Assembly: GCA_964203225.1 (NCBI GenBank)
Contig: CAXNMK010000002.1
Location: 737,664-801,663 of the forward strand
Length of the DNA stretch: 64,000 nucleotides
Source: Kofleriaceae bacterium
GTDB taxonomy: Bacteria; Myxococcota_A; Polyangia; Haliangiales; Haliangiaceae
Direction: 5' to 3'
In this document: positions 40,953 through 55,280 of the stretch, piece after piece
Layout of the letters: every line of letters begins with the position of its first letter
Numbering within the stretch: the first letter of the stretch is position 1
Notes under the pieces: generated by a model
What the model saw: only the letters and a program-made list of their open reading frames with translations
Databases searched by the model: none
Told to the model about the DNA's origin: nothing
Made by a program: the position numbers and the translations under genes

Positions 40953-41801
40953 GTGTTCCTCAAGTATCTCGACTTCGTCTTTGCGCCGTTCCGCGCCCTC
41001 CAGAACAAGTGGCTCGGCGTCAAGAACATCAAGGGCAACATCCAGGTCGACATCAACCGCGCGAAGTCCCTCGGGCAGCGCGGGAAGAACTTCGCGGGCG
41101 AGGTCAACCAGTTCAACGCCAAGGCGCAGGGGCAGCCGGGTGCGCAGCCGCAGGGCGCGCCCGCCCAGCCGCAGGGCTACCCACAGCCAGGTCAACAGGG
41201 AGCGCATATGCAGCAGCCACCGCAACCCGGGATGCCCGGGATGCCACCCGGGATGCCCGGCATGCCGGGCGCGCAGGGCGCCCCGCCCGCACCGGGCGCG
41301 CCCAGTCCGAACCCGCCGCTGCGCGTCAGCGGAGCGTGGTTCTGGAAGAAGAAGTTCTGCACGCAGTGTCAGCAGCAGCTCGACGCATCGTGGGACGCCT
41401 GTCCGTACTGCGCACAGATCGCGCAACAGGCGGCGGCCGCGCCCGCGAAGCTGCAGGCCCTCAAGACCCAGGCGTTTGTGATCGACGCCAGCGGCGGGCC
41501 GAGCGGCGTGCAGCTGTGCGGCTGGCTGGTGGCGCTGCAGGGACCGCAGAAGGGGGAGCTGTTCTCGCTGCAACCCACCACGATCATCGGGACCGATGCG
41601 AAGGCGACGGTCGTGCTGCAGGACAAGTTCATGTCGAGCAAGCACGCCGAGGTCAAGGCCGAGAACGGGATCTGGGTCCTCAAGGACAGCGGTTCGACCA
41701 ACGGCACCTACGTCAACAACAAGCGCGTCGAGCGCCACGAACTGGTCGACAACGACTTCGTGAAGTTCGGCAGCTTCATGCTCAAGTTCAAGTCTCTATG
41801 A
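40953..41801 (+). CDS. FHA-domain protein with internal zinc ribbon and Pro/Gln-rich linker (FHA-1)
   Basis: CTQCQQQLDASWDACPYC zinc ribbon. C-terminal FHA (GTDAKATVVLQDKFMSSKHAEV...GSTNGTYVNNKRV...LVDNDFVKFG). Confidence 0.75.
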   Translation: MFLKYLDFVFAPFRALQNKWLGVKNIKGNIQVDINRAKSLGQRGKNFAGEVNQFNAKAQGQPGAQPQGAPAQPQGYPQPGQQGAHMQQPPQPGMPGMPPGMPGMPGAQGAPPAPGAPSPNPPLRVSGAWFWKKKFCTQCQQQLDASWDACPYCAQIAQQAAAAPAKLQALKTQAFVIDASGGPSGVQLCGWLVALQGPQKGELFSLQPTTIIGTDAKATVVLQDKFMSSKHAEVKAENGIWVLKDSGSTNGTYVNNKRVERHELVDNDFVKFGSFMLKFKSL

Positions 41802-43330
41802 CCAGCTGGAACCTCATCGCTCGTCGCGCGAACGTCGCGCTGGTCGCGCTGTTCTCGATGTTCCTCGGGGTGTTCGGACCGGGCCTCGCGGCCGCCGAAG
41901 GCGTCGAGGTACTTCTCTCCGTGAAGGATCCGGAGCCAGGCAGCAAGCAGGCCAACGACGCCCCGCAGATCGAGGCCACCGTGATCGGCGCGGCCAAGGT
42001 GCCCGTCGAGAAGTTCATCCTGACCGACCCGAGCGCCAAGCCGCCGGTCATGCTCAAGGCGACCTCGCTGCGCCCGTTCACCTCCGGCGGCGAGACCATC
42101 GCCATCGCGCTGGTGTTCAACGGCCAGGAGATCTGGATCGGTAACGACGACCTCGAGGCAGAGGACAGCCCGGCTCGTTACCTGGGCATCCTCAAGAGCC
42201 TCAAGACCGCGCTCCAGGAGGTTCCGTTCGCCACCGCCGGCCCGGAGGGCAGCAAGGGCATCCTGATCTCGTACGCGGACAAACCCGAGATCAAGGTCCC
42301 GATGGGGCCGCTCGGCGCTATCACCGCCGAGTCCCTCGGCACCCAAAAGGACTACCAAAAGAAGATCGGAACCGTGATGGTCGAGGGTATTTCGTTCGCC
42401 CTCGGCGAGCTCAGCGCGGTGACGGCGTCCCGCAAGGCGCTGATCGTCGTGTGCGACGGCAACGACTCGAGTCCCGACACCGCCAAGGCCAAGCTTCTCG
42501 ACCTCAAGAAGCAGGCGGCGAGCGACAAGGTCCAGACGTTCGCGATCATCTACAAGGGCCAGTTGTCCGACCCGGCGAACTTGGTCACGACGATGATCCC
42601 AAACGCGACGACGGTGACCAACGCCGAGGGCATCGCCGCCGCGATCACGTCGATCCTCAAGCGCATGGATGACCGCGTCTACCTGACGTTCCCGGGCTAC
42701 GACGCCAAGCAGAAGGCGGGCTTCAACTGGGACGGCAAGGCGCACGACCTCGTCCTCAAGGTCGACAAGGATGAGATCGAAACCGAGCCGCTCATGCTGA
42801 GGGCCTGGAGCCCGGTGAAGAAGAGTGGCTTCCCGTGGGGCATCCTGATCGGCGTCCTCGTGTTCCTGCTGCTGCTGATCATCATCGGCGTCAAGGTGTT
42901 CGGCAAGAAGGAGGAGCCGGAGCCGATGCCCATGCAGATGCCGATGATGCCGATGGGCGCGCCCGAGCCGCCCAGGCCTGCGGGCCCGGTCAAGACCGTC
43001 ATGATCAGCCTCAATGGCGGTGACGACGGGTTCCCGATCGTCGGGTGGCTCGTGCCGCTCAATGGTCCGGCCGCCTACCAGACCTATCGCCTGCGTTCGG
43101 GTGGCACCAAGATCGGCACCCAGCAGCCCGCGGACATCGTGATCAACGACGGCTTCATGAGCACCGAGCACTGCATGATCCAGTGCTCGCCGAACGGGTT
43201 CATGCTGGTGGACAACGGGTCGACCAACGGGTGCTACGTCAACGATGGCAAGGTCACCAAGTACGACCTCGTCGACAACGACGTGATCACGCTCGGCAAG
43301 ACAAACCTCAAGTTCAAGTCCATCAACTGA
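41801..43330 (+). CDS. Membrane-anchored FHA-domain protein with a periplasmic vWA-like domain (FHA-2)
   Basis: Signal/TM at the N-terminus, a vWA-like segment (ALIVVCDGNDSS), a TM helix (GILIGVLVFLLLLIIIGV) and a cytoplasmic C-terminal FHA (IGTQQPADIVINDGFMSTEHCMI...GSTNGCYVNDGKV). Confidence 0.7.
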   Translation, partial: TSWNLIARRANVALVALFSMFLGVFGPGLAAAEGVEVLLSVKDPEPGSKQANDAPQIEATVIGAAKVPVEKFILTDPSAKPPVMLKATSLRPFTSGGETIAIALVFNGQEIWIGNDDLEAEDSPARYLGILKSLKTALQEVPFATAGPEGSKGILISYADKPEIKVPMGPLGAITAESLGTQKDYQKKIGTVMVEGISFALGELSAVTASRKALIVVCDGNDSSPDTAKAKLLDLKKQAASDKVQTFAIIYKGQLSDPANLVTTMIPNATTVTNAEGIAAAITSILKRMDDRVYLTFPGYDAKQKAGFNWDGKAHDLVLKVDKDEIETEPLMLRAWSPVKKSGFPWGILIGVLVFLLLLIIIGVKVFGKKEEPEPMPMQMPMMPMGAPEPPRPAGPVKTVMISLNGGDDGFPIVGWLVPLNGPAAYQTYRLRSGGTKIGTQQPADIVINDGFMSTEHCMIQCSPNGFMLVDNGSTNGCYVNDGKVTKYDLVDNDVITLGKTNLKFKSIN

Positions 43331-43340
43331 ACCGTTTGCC

Positions 43341-43802
43341 GTGACCACCGAAGTCTTGATCGCCGTCATCGTGGGCGGCGCGGTCGTGTTGCTCGTGGTG
43401 ATCGGCCTCATCGCGAAGAAGAACGCCGGGCCGAAGGACCAGCGCGCGTGCGGTGGGTGCCGGCGCGTGATGCTGCCGGTGTGGACCAAGTGCCTGTTCT
43501 GCGGCTGGGCTCCCGGCGCTCGCCTCGAGTTCATCCTCGGGCCGATGGCCAACCAGACGCTCCAGCTGTCCGCCGAGGTCACGACGATGGGCTCGGTCGC
43601 CGGAAACACGGTCGTCCTCGCCGATCCCGCAGTGTCCCGGAAGCACGCGGGCATCCGCAAGATCGACGGCGCCTTCGAACTGGCCGATCTCGGCTCGACC
43701 AACGGCGTCTATGTCAACGGCCACAAGGTCCCGAAGAAGACGCTCGACGCCGGCGACATCATCCGCGTTGGCAACACCGAAGCCGTGTTCAAGCGCGACT
43801 GA
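43341..43802 (+). CDS. Membrane-anchored zinc-ribbon FHA-domain protein (FHA-3)
   Basis: N-terminal TM helix, CGGC...CLFC zinc ribbon, and an FHA domain (SRKHAGIRKIDGAFELADLGSTNGVYVNGHKV). Confidence 0.75.
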   Translation: MTTEVLIAVIVGGAVVLLVVIGLIAKKNAGPKDQRACGGCRRVMLPVWTKCLFCGWAPGARLEFILGPMANQTLQLSAEVTTMGSVAGNTVVLADPAVSRKHAGIRKIDGAFELADLGSTNGVYVNGHKVPKKTLDAGDIIRVGNTEAVFKRD

Positions 43803-43899
43803 GCAGCGAAGGCAGCAGCAAGGCAGGCGGATCGTACGAACAGGCGCGCCGCGACCAGTTCGTACGACCACGAGCGACGCGCCGCGCAGCGGCGGTGGA

Positions 43900-44075
43900 C
43901 GGCGCTCACCGCGCGGTGAAGGAGTGCCGCGCAGCGGCCGACTGAGAGGCCCAGGGTGAGCCGCGCAGCGGCCCGGTCGGCCAACGACGAGCGACGCCCG
44001 GACGCCGCGCAGCGGCCGCGGACCGCTCTCGCTCCGCTCGAAGGAGTGCCGCGCAGCGACCGACTGAAACACCGT
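43900..44075. repeat. Intergenic direct repeats (~27 bp GAAGGAGTGCCGCGCAGCGRCCGACTGA x2, plus GCCGCGCAGCGGC motif x5)
   Basis: Read directly from the sequence between the FHA-3 stop and the FHA-4 start (43803-44393). Confidence 0.7.
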
Positions 44076-44393
44076 CCGCGTTCTCGCCGGGCGGTGGGGC
44101 TGGTCGTCTCCGCGTGTTGCATCGCGCGTCGGGCGCTCTCAGGGCGTACTCGGCATCGACGGACCGGGCCGACGCCCCGGCGGCTCCACCACGGTGGGCG
44201 GCGCCCCGGCGGACCGTCCCGAACGACGCTGGTCGGGCGGCGGTCCGGTGGGTCCGGCGGTCCGGTGGTCCGGTGCCTGTGCCCGTGTCTGCGTGGGCTG
44301 CGGCCGCGCCGTCGAGCGGGGCTGCGGCCGTGCGTCGGGGGCTCCCGGGTCTGGCGCCCGCGCCGGCCGCCCGGTACGATAAGGAACACCTGA

Positions 44394-47080
<2,687 letters not shown>

Positions 47081-47101
47081 GGACGCGAGAGCAGGAGATC
47101 G

Positions 47102-48715
<1,614 letters not shown>

Positions 48716-48735
48716 AGGTACACTGACCAGAACCC

Positions 48736-49127
<392 letters not shown>

Positions 49128-49143
<16 letters not shown>

Positions 49144-49358
49144 GGAAGCAGGACATCGAGATCGTGATCAACGCCAAGGGCGAGGTCACCTACGAGGTCA
49201 AGGGCGTCAAGGGCGGGAGCTGCCTCGCCGAGACCGAGTTCCTGCTCGCCGCGCTGGGCGGGGACGGCTCCGTCCTCGAGCAGCAGAAGACCGGCGAGTT
49301 CTATGAACAATCAGAAGGTTACGTTTCGACCTGGGCCGGGGAAGCCAAGGACGAGTAA
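49128..49358 (+). CDS. DUF2997-like small protein
   Basis: QDIEIVINAKGEVTYEVKGVKGGSCLAETEFLLAALG resembles DUF2997, which is usually found next to DUF1257. Confidence 0.4.
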
Positions 49359-49367
49359 CCCCGTAGG

Positions 49368-50027
49368 ATGACTGCCGTGTCGACCGATCAAGAGCAGACC
49401 GACCTCCTCCCGGGGGCCGAAGGCGCCTCCACCGAACCTGCGGCGGAAGGGCTGACGGACGAGCTTGCTCGAAAGTACGACCCGGAGCGCCTGCTCAAGA
49501 TGGTCTCGCGGCGTGCCGGCAAGGGCACGACGCTCGACCACGACATCCGCGCCAAGTACGAGAAGCGGTTCGGCGTGGACCTCGGGCACGTCCGGATCTA
49601 CACGGGCGAGTTCGCCGAGGAGTTCAACCGCCAGCGCAGCGCGTACGCGGTGACGATCGGCTCGACGGGCATGATCCTCATGGGCGGGTCGCCCAACAAG
49701 TCGATGGGCACGAACGCCGGCCAGGCGCTGCTCGCCCACGAGCTGACGCACGTCGCCCAGGCCAAGCGCGGCCTGCACCGCGCCGCCCACGAGGGCGCGA
49801 TGCCCCTGGCGACCGAGAGCCACGAGGCCGAGGCCGAGGCCGTCGAGGCCGACGTCGCCCGTGGTGGCGACGGCGCGGCAAGCGCTGAGCCCGGCGGCGC
49901 CGCGAGCAAACTCGCCAAGGATGCCAAGGACGCGCTGCACGAACAGATCAAGCAGCGGGTCCTCGACATGGCCGCCGATGCCGCGCGCGCGTTCTACTGG
50001 CGCAACGGCGTCGATCGCCGCCCCTGA
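49368..50027 (+). CDS. DUF4157-like HExxH protein (domain that typically heads eCIS cargo/toxin proteins)
   Basis: LDHDIRAKYEKRFGVDLGHVRIYTG...AYAVTIGSTGMIL...AHELTHVAQ matches the DUF4157 pattern with its HExxH. Confidence 0.55.
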   Translation: MTAVSTDQEQTDLLPGAEGASTEPAAEGLTDELARKYDPERLLKMVSRRAGKGTTLDHDIRAKYEKRFGVDLGHVRIYTGEFAEEFNRQRSAYAVTIGSTGMILMGGSPNKSMGTNAGQALLAHELTHVAQAKRGLHRAAHEGAMPLATESHEAEAEAVEADVARGGDGAASAEPGGAASKLAKDAKDALHEQIKQRVLDMAADAARAFYWRNGVDRRP

Positions 50028-50176
50028 GAGGTGGACGCAACCTCGTCCGGGGGGCCGACGCGGCTTGCCGCGTGGGCGAGGGGCGAGCCCACGTGGACTC
50101 GAACGGGCCCCACGGGGGCGCGCATCCGGCCACCGAGCTTTGAGCCCGCGGTGATTCCTGCGGTATCCTGTCCCTG

Positions 50177-50857
50177 ATGAGTTCTCCTGAGGCCGACGCT
50201 GGTGTCGTCCAGTCCCGCGTTCAGCTCGAGAGGCTGGTCGCCGATGACGAACTGGCCGGTCGCACGATCGCCGGGTTCGCGGCGCCCTCGGTGCTGCTCC
50301 GGGGGCTCGACCTCGACGGGGTGACGCTGGATCGCCTCGACCTGCGCGGCGCCGACGGCGACGAGACCCGCCTCGAGCGCGCGGAGCTCAAGCTGAGCGA
50401 TCTCCGCACCTCGCAGTGGAAGGGCGCGCTGTGGAACCGCGTCAAGGCCAAGGACTGCGACATGACCGAGCTCGACTTCAGCGGCGCGCAGCTGCTCCGG
50501 TGCGAGTTCGGGCCGGTGCGGATGGCGCGCGTGCGCTTCCACCGCGCGCGGATCCAGGGCACGACGTTCAAGGAGTCGGAGCTGTACTCGGCCGACTTCG
50601 CCGGCGCCGTGCTGCTCAAGGTCGTGTTCGAGGGCTACGAGCACGCCACCGTGTCGCTGTCGCGCACGGACTGGACGGGTGCATCGCTGTTCGACGTCGA
50701 CTTCAAGCGCGCGAACATGTACGGCGCGAACCTGCGCGGTGCGGTGTTCGTCCGCTGCGACCTGCGCGGGGTCAGCCTGTGCAGTGCTGATCTCACCGGC
50801 GCGCGCCTCGTCGGCTGCGACACCACCGGCGCCGACCTCGACGGAGCCACGTTCTAG
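50177..50857 (+). CDS. Pentapeptide-repeat protein (candidate eCIS payload/accessory)
   Basis: Tandem A(D/N)LxG-type pentapeptide repeats throughout (ANLRGAVFVRCDLRGVSLCSADLTGARLVGCDTTGADLDGATF). Confidence 0.7.
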   Translation: MSSPEADAGVVQSRVQLERLVADDELAGRTIAGFAAPSVLLRGLDLDGVTLDRLDLRGADGDETRLERAELKLSDLRTSQWKGALWNRVKAKDCDMTELDFSGAQLLRCEFGPVRMARVRFHRARIQGTTFKESELYSADFAGAVLLKVVFEGYEHATVSLSRTDWTGASLFDVDFKRANMYGANLRGAVFVRCDLRGVSLCSADLTGARLVGCDTTGADLDGATF

Positions 50858-50877
50858 GACCTCGTAGGAGCCCGCCC

Positions 50878-51498
50878 ATGCCGCCCCGCCCCGATCTCCG
50901 TGACATCGCTTCGAACGTCCGCGAGGCGTTCGCCGATGCTGACCGCGACACCCTGCTCGACGTCCTGACCTTCGTGGTCAAGGAGTATGTCGTCGAGGGG
51001 CCGCCGCCGATGATGATCCACCAGGCCGAGACGCTCTCGGACCTCAAGGGCATGTCGTTCGCCCAGCTGATCGCCGCGATGCAGACGCGCTTCGATCACG
51101 CCGAGCTGGCGATGTTTGTCGTCGATGGCGAGCAGGTCAGCGTGCGCGTCGGCGGTGTCGTCCAGCCGCTGCTGCCCAGCCGGCAGCCGATCGCCGAGCC
51201 CCCGCGGCAGGCGCCAGGGGTCCGCGTTGTCGAGACCACGCTGGCCCAGCAGCGCCCCGCTGCGCCCGCGCCGGTCGCCGCCGTCCCCGCGCCGCGGCCC
51301 GCTGCCCCGGCGTCGGCGCCGTCGGCACAGCCGCCCACGCGGGGCCTGTCCCTGCGCGGGCGGCCCACGGGGGAGGGTGGGGATGCACCGCCGCTTGCCG
51401 CGCCGCCGCCCGCGGCCGCCGCGCCGCCGCCGCCGGACCGCCCCGAGGGTGGGGGCGACGATGCCTCCGCGCGGTTCAGCCTGCTGGAGCTCGACTGA
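50878..51498 (+). CDS. Hypothetical protein with a Pro/Ala-rich C-terminal half
   Basis: ORF with a protein-like N-terminus. No domain recognised. Confidence 0.3.
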   Translation: MPPRPDLRDIASNVREAFADADRDTLLDVLTFVVKEYVVEGPPPMMIHQAETLSDLKGMSFAQLIAAMQTRFDHAELAMFVVDGEQVSVRVGGVVQPLLPSRQPIAEPPRQAPGVRVVETTLAQQRPAAPAPVAAVPAPRPAAPASAPSAQPPTRGLSLRGRPTGEGGDAPPLAAPPPAAAAPPPPDRPEGGGDDASARFSLLELD

Positions 51499-51941
51499 TG
51501 AGCTCTGTCGCACGGCGCTACTACGAGCGCGGCCGGCAATCGCTCGACACCGGCGATGTGGAGTCGGCGCAAGAGGCCCTGCGCGCCGCGCTCGACCTCG
51601 CGCCGCAGTTCGGCAACGCCCGGGTGGCGTACGCCGTGGCGCTCGCGCGCGCCGGGGACTGTCCACGCGCGGCCGCCGTCCTGCGTGCGGGCCTCGGGCG
51701 CGCGTCGTCGCCGATCTCCGCCGCCGCGATGTACGCCACGCTCGGCGACGTCCTCACCCTTGGCGGTGACTTTTTCGGGGCCGAGGATGCGTTCATGCAG
51801 GCGGCCGCCACGCCCGGCTTCGAGGTGCGAGCCGCCGCGGGCCTCGCGCGCACGTACGCCAAGCTCGGGCGCCACGCGGACATGGCCAGGCAGCTCAAGC
51901 TCGCCGCGGCCGCGTCGTTGCGAGGCCCCACGACGCCCTAG
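51498..51941 (+). CDS. TPR-repeat protein
   Basis: ARRYYERGRQSLDTGDVESAQEALRAALDLAPQFGNARVAYAVALARAGDCPRAAAVL shows tetratricopeptide-like repeats. ATGA coupled to the upstream ORF. Confidence 0.5.
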   Translation: MSSVARRYYERGRQSLDTGDVESAQEALRAALDLAPQFGNARVAYAVALARAGDCPRAAAVLRAGLGRASSPISAAAMYATLGDVLTLGGDFFGAEDAFMQAAATPGFEVRAAAGLARTYAKLGRHADMARQLKLAAAASLRGPTTP

Positions 51942-52041
51942 TCCCGACGATCGCGCGCGCAGTTCCACGGGGCTCCGCCCCGCCCGCCGCGTCCAGCCGC
52001 GCAGGGTTTCCACCCCGGATTCGAGACGGGTTCACCGTCTC

Positions 52042-52854
52042 TCAGTAGCGCTGCATCTGGTGCGGGTAGCCCTGCGGCGGCACCCACAGTGGATCGACGA
52101 ACGTCTGCGTCAGCACGACGGTGATGTTGTCCGTGCCGCCGTTGTTGTTGGCGGCGCGGATCAGGTTCTCGGCGACCACCTCGATCGAGTCGCCCGACGT
52201 CATGATCTCGCGGATCATCCAGTCGTCGACGAGATCGGACAGGCCGTCACAGCACAGCAGGAACACGTCGTTGTGTTCGGGGACGAACGTGTTGTGCTCG
52301 ATCTCGACGTTCGCATCGAGGCCGACGGCCCGGATGATCACGTTCGAAGTCGCGGGGCCGAGCGTGCCGACCAGGTCAGGACGGTCCTGGTACAGGTTGC
52401 GGAGCGAGTGGTCGCGCGTCAGCTGGCGCAGCTGGCCCTGGCGAAGCAGGTACGCGCGCGAGTCGCCGCAGTGGCAGATGTGGACGAGGCCCTCCTCGAA
52501 CCGGAAGCCGACCGCGGTGGTGCCCATCCCGTGGCAGCTGTGGTCCATCTGAGCGCGCTGGAACACCGCCATGTTGGCGGCCTTCATCGCGGTGGTCAGG
52601 GGATCCTGACCCGGCGGGGACGGCGGATCGCTGGTCTTGAGCGCGTGGACGATGGTCCGGATCGCAATGTCGGAGGCGACCTGACCCGACGCATGGCCTC
52701 CCATGCCGTCGCAGACGACGTACACGCCGAGGAAGTCGTCGTAGTACATCGCATCCTCGTTCTGCGTGCGCTGGGCGCCGACGTCGGTGCGGCCCACCGC
52801 GCGCAGGAGGAACCTCTCGACGGGAACCGGGCGGCCGACGCTGTCGTAGCTCAC
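52042..52854 (-). CDS. PP2C-family Ser/Thr protein phosphatase
   Basis: GRTDVGAQRTQNEDAMY...VVCDGMGGHASGQVAS...TTAVGFRFEEGLVHICHCGDSRAYLL...DNITVVL are canonical PP2C motifs. Confidence 0.85.
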   Translation of the reverse strand: MSYDSVGRPVPVERFLLRAVGRTDVGAQRTQNEDAMYYDDFLGVYVVCDGMGGHASGQVASDIAIRTIVHALKTSDPPSPPGQDPLTTAMKAANMAVFQRAQMDHSCHGMGTTAVGFRFEEGLVHICHCGDSRAYLLRQGQLRQLTRDHSLRNLYQDRPDLVGTLGPATSNVIIRAVGLDANVEIEHNTFVPEHNDVFLLCCDGLSDLVDDWMIREIMTSGDSIEVVAENLIRAANNNGGTDNITVVLTQTFVDPLWVPPQGYPHQMQRY

Positions 52855-52942
52855 AGCGCTTCCTCAGGACAGACGGTCATCATCGGATCTACGCCTCGCG
52901 CGTGGTGCAGCTTCCCCACCGTGTGGGTGTTCGTGGGACGAA

Positions 52943-53638
52943 TCATTCGGTCACCCGTCGGTTCGGGAGCGTGGCTCGCTTGGGGATGTCGATCCAGGGG
53001 GCGCGCAGCTCGGCGCGCAGCTCGGCGATCACCGCCCGCACCGCGTGGCCGGGGGTGTCCTCGAGAGGCGGCAGCTTCCAGCTGGTCCGGATCGCGGTGC
53101 GGACCTCGGCCACCGCGTCGATCCGGTCCTCCTCGGCGGGATCGACCATCTCGAACGTCTTCTCGAACTCGAGGTCGGGGCGGTGGAGGTCTCGCAGCAG
53201 CGCCTGCGGGGTGGTCTCGGCGAGCTGGTCCTCGATGTCCTGTGGGCGCTCGACCTCGCGGGGCTCCGCGACCGCCATCAGGTTGCCGATCATCGCGAGG
53301 TCGATCATCGGCATGGTCGGGTCGAGACGCAGCGTGATCGCCTCGCGGAACATCAGCAGGTCGTCCGGGGGCTCGATGCGGCGACGGTGCGCCTCGAGGA
53401 GCGCCGGATCGACCGCGGCGATCGCGCGCTGCCGGCGCTCGCGGACCTCCGCGATGTCGGGATCCTCGGTCGAGCCCGGGGCCTCCCCGGCCTCGACCTG
53501 ATCGAACGAGGGCAGCCCGAACCACTTCTCGAGCTCCGCCTTCGTCGCCGCGTCGACGAGCTCCTCGAGCGGCTGTTCGAGGGAGCGCTCGAGCAGCTGC
53601 TTGACGGTCGGGTCGCGCTTGTCGTCGTCGGTCGACAT
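52943..53638 (-). CDS. Hypothetical acidic protein (co-directional with the kinase)
   Basis: 231-aa ORF. No domain recognised. Confidence 0.3.
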   Translation of the reverse strand: MSTDDDKRDPTVKQLLERSLEQPLEELVDAATKAELEKWFGLPSFDQVEAGEAPGSTEDPDIAEVRERRQRAIAAVDPALLEAHRRRIEPPDDLLMFREAITLRLDPTMPMIDLAMIGNLMAVAEPREVERPQDIEDQLAETTPQALLRDLHRPDLEFEKTFEMVDPAEEDRIDAVAEVRTAIRTSWKLPPLEDTPGHAVRAVIAELRAELRAPWIDIPKRATLPNRRVTE

Positions 53639-53657
53639 GGCCTTGGGGCTCGAGGTG

Positions 53658-55280
53658 TCAGAGCAGCTGCAGGTAGGCGACGTACGCGCCCGCGCCCGAG
53701 GCGATGCCGATCAGCAGCGAGACCACCCAGAACAGCGGCGTGGCCCCGTGCGAGGTGGTACCCTCCACCACCGGCTGGAGCGCGCTGCCCGTGCGCGCGA
53801 CCGACACCACGCCCTCGCTGGGCTGCAGCATGATGGTCTTGTTGGGGTTGCCACCACCCGGCGGCTGCATGCCCGGCGGCTGCATCATCCCCGGCGGCTG
53901 CATGCCGGGCTGCATCATGCCCGGCGGCTGCATGCCCTGGCCCGGGATCTGGGGCGCCATTCCGGCGACGATCGTCTTCTGGTTCGAGCCCGACGGCTGG
54001 GATCCCCCCCCCCCCGGGGGCTGGAACCCGCCCTGCGGCGGCATCCCGCCCGGGGGCTGGAACCCGCCCTGCGGCGGCATCCCGCCCGGGGGCTGGAACC
54101 CGCCCTGCGGCTGCATCCCGCCCGGGGGCTGGAACCCGCCCTGCGGCGGCATCCCGCCCGGGGGCTGGAACCCGCCCTGCGGCGGCATCCCGCCGGGGCC
54201 CTGCGGTTGCATCGACCCACCCGGCGCGAATGGGCTCATGCCGGCGATCATGGTCTTCTGCTGGGCAGAGGCGGCCACGTAACCGCCCTGCGGCGGGGGC
54301 TGCTGTTGCGGCTGTGGCTGCATGTGCTGCCCGTGGCCGGCGTAGGGCGCCTGCGGGACAAGGCCCGGCGGCAGCTGCCCCGGCCCGGCGACGACGGTCT
54401 TCGGGACACCACCGCCACCGATCGCCACGCCACCACCCGCGAGCTCGGCGAACACCTGCTGGCAGTGCTGCATCATCTCGCCGGCGGACTGGTAGCGCCG
54501 CGCCGCGTCCTTCTCGAGCGCGCGCCGGACCACCTGCTGCACCGAGTATGGGATCGAGTCCGCCATCGGCGGGATCTCACGCTTGAGGTGCATCTGGATC
54601 ACCGTCATCGGGTTCTCGTCGTTGAACGGCACGTTGCCGGTCAGCATCTCGTACGCGAGGATGCCGAGGGCGTAGAGGTCCGAGCGGGCGTCGAGCTGCC
54701 CGCCGCGGCCCTGTTCGGGCGACATGTACTGCGGGGTCCCGAACACCACGCCCGCCTGCGTCTTCATGCGGTCACCCTCGAGCAGCTTCGCGACCGAGAA
54801 GTCGAGCAGCTTCACGAAGTCCGGCGAGCCCGCCATGTTCAGCAGGAACACGTTGTCGGGCTTGATGTCGCGGTGGATGATCCCGATCGAGTGGGCCTCG
54901 GCGAGCGAGGCGCAGCACTGGATCATGATCTTCATCACGCGGTTTGGCGTGAGCGGGCCCTTGGCCACGGCATCGCGGAGCGAGATGCCGTCGAGGAACT
55001 CCATCGTCATGAACAGGCGACCCTCGGTCGTCTGTCCGAAGTCGAACATCCGGATCGTGTTCGGGTGCTGCAGGCGCGAGCACGCCTTCGCCTCGTTGTA
55101 GAACCGCTGGACCCAGTTCGGATCCGCCGCCATCTGGGCGTTGAGGATCTTCACCGCGATCACGCGGTCGATCGAGATCTGGCGGGCCTTGTAGACCACG
55201 CCCATGCCACCTTCACCGACGCGGACCTGGATCTCGTACCGGTTGTCGATGACCTGGCCGACGAGAGGATCGTGGGTCAT
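53658..55280 (-). CDS. Hanks-type Ser/Thr protein kinase with C-terminal PQG-rich repeats and a TM anchor
   Basis: Start MTHDPLVGQVIDNRYEI. Kinase motifs GEGGMGVVYKA, VAVK, HRDIKPDN, DFS, GTPQYMSPE. C-terminal (GGFQPPGGMPPQ)x5 repeats and a terminal hydrophobic helix. The upstream ORF extension to 56084 was rejected. Confidence 0.85.
   Translation of the reverse strand: MTHDPLVGQVIDNRYEIQVRVGEGGMGVVYKARQISIDRVIAVKILNAQMAADPNWVQRFYNEAKACSRLQHPNTIRMFDFGQTTEGRLFMTMEFLDGISLRDAVAKGPLTPNRVMKIMIQCCASLAEAHSIGIIHRDIKPDNVFLLNMAGSPDFVKLLDFSVAKLLEGDRMKTQAGVVFGTPQYMSPEQGRGGQLDARSDLYALGILAYEMLTGNVPFNDENPMTVIQMHLKREIPPMADSIPYSVQQVVRRALEKDAARRYQSAGEMMQHCQQVFAELAGGGVAIGGGGVPKTVVAGPGQLPPGLVPQAPYAGHGQHMQPQPQQQPPPQGGYVAASAQQKTMIAGMSPFAPGGSMQPQGPGGMPPQGGFQPPGGMPPQGGFQPPGGMQPQGGFQPPGGMPPQGGFQPPGGMPPQGGFQPPGGGGSQPSGSNQKTIVAGMAPQIPGQGMQPPGMMQPGMQPPGMMQPPGMQPPGGGNPNKTIMLQPSEGVVSVARTGSALQPVVEGTTSHGATPLFWVVSLLIGIASGAGAYVAYLQLL

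Noticed and set aside
44114-44393. N-terminal 93-aa extension of the FHA-4 ORF
   Set aside because: The translation is Ala/Arg/Pro-rich and non-protein-like, and it overlaps the intergenic repeat region. The FHA fold starts right after the ATG at 44394.
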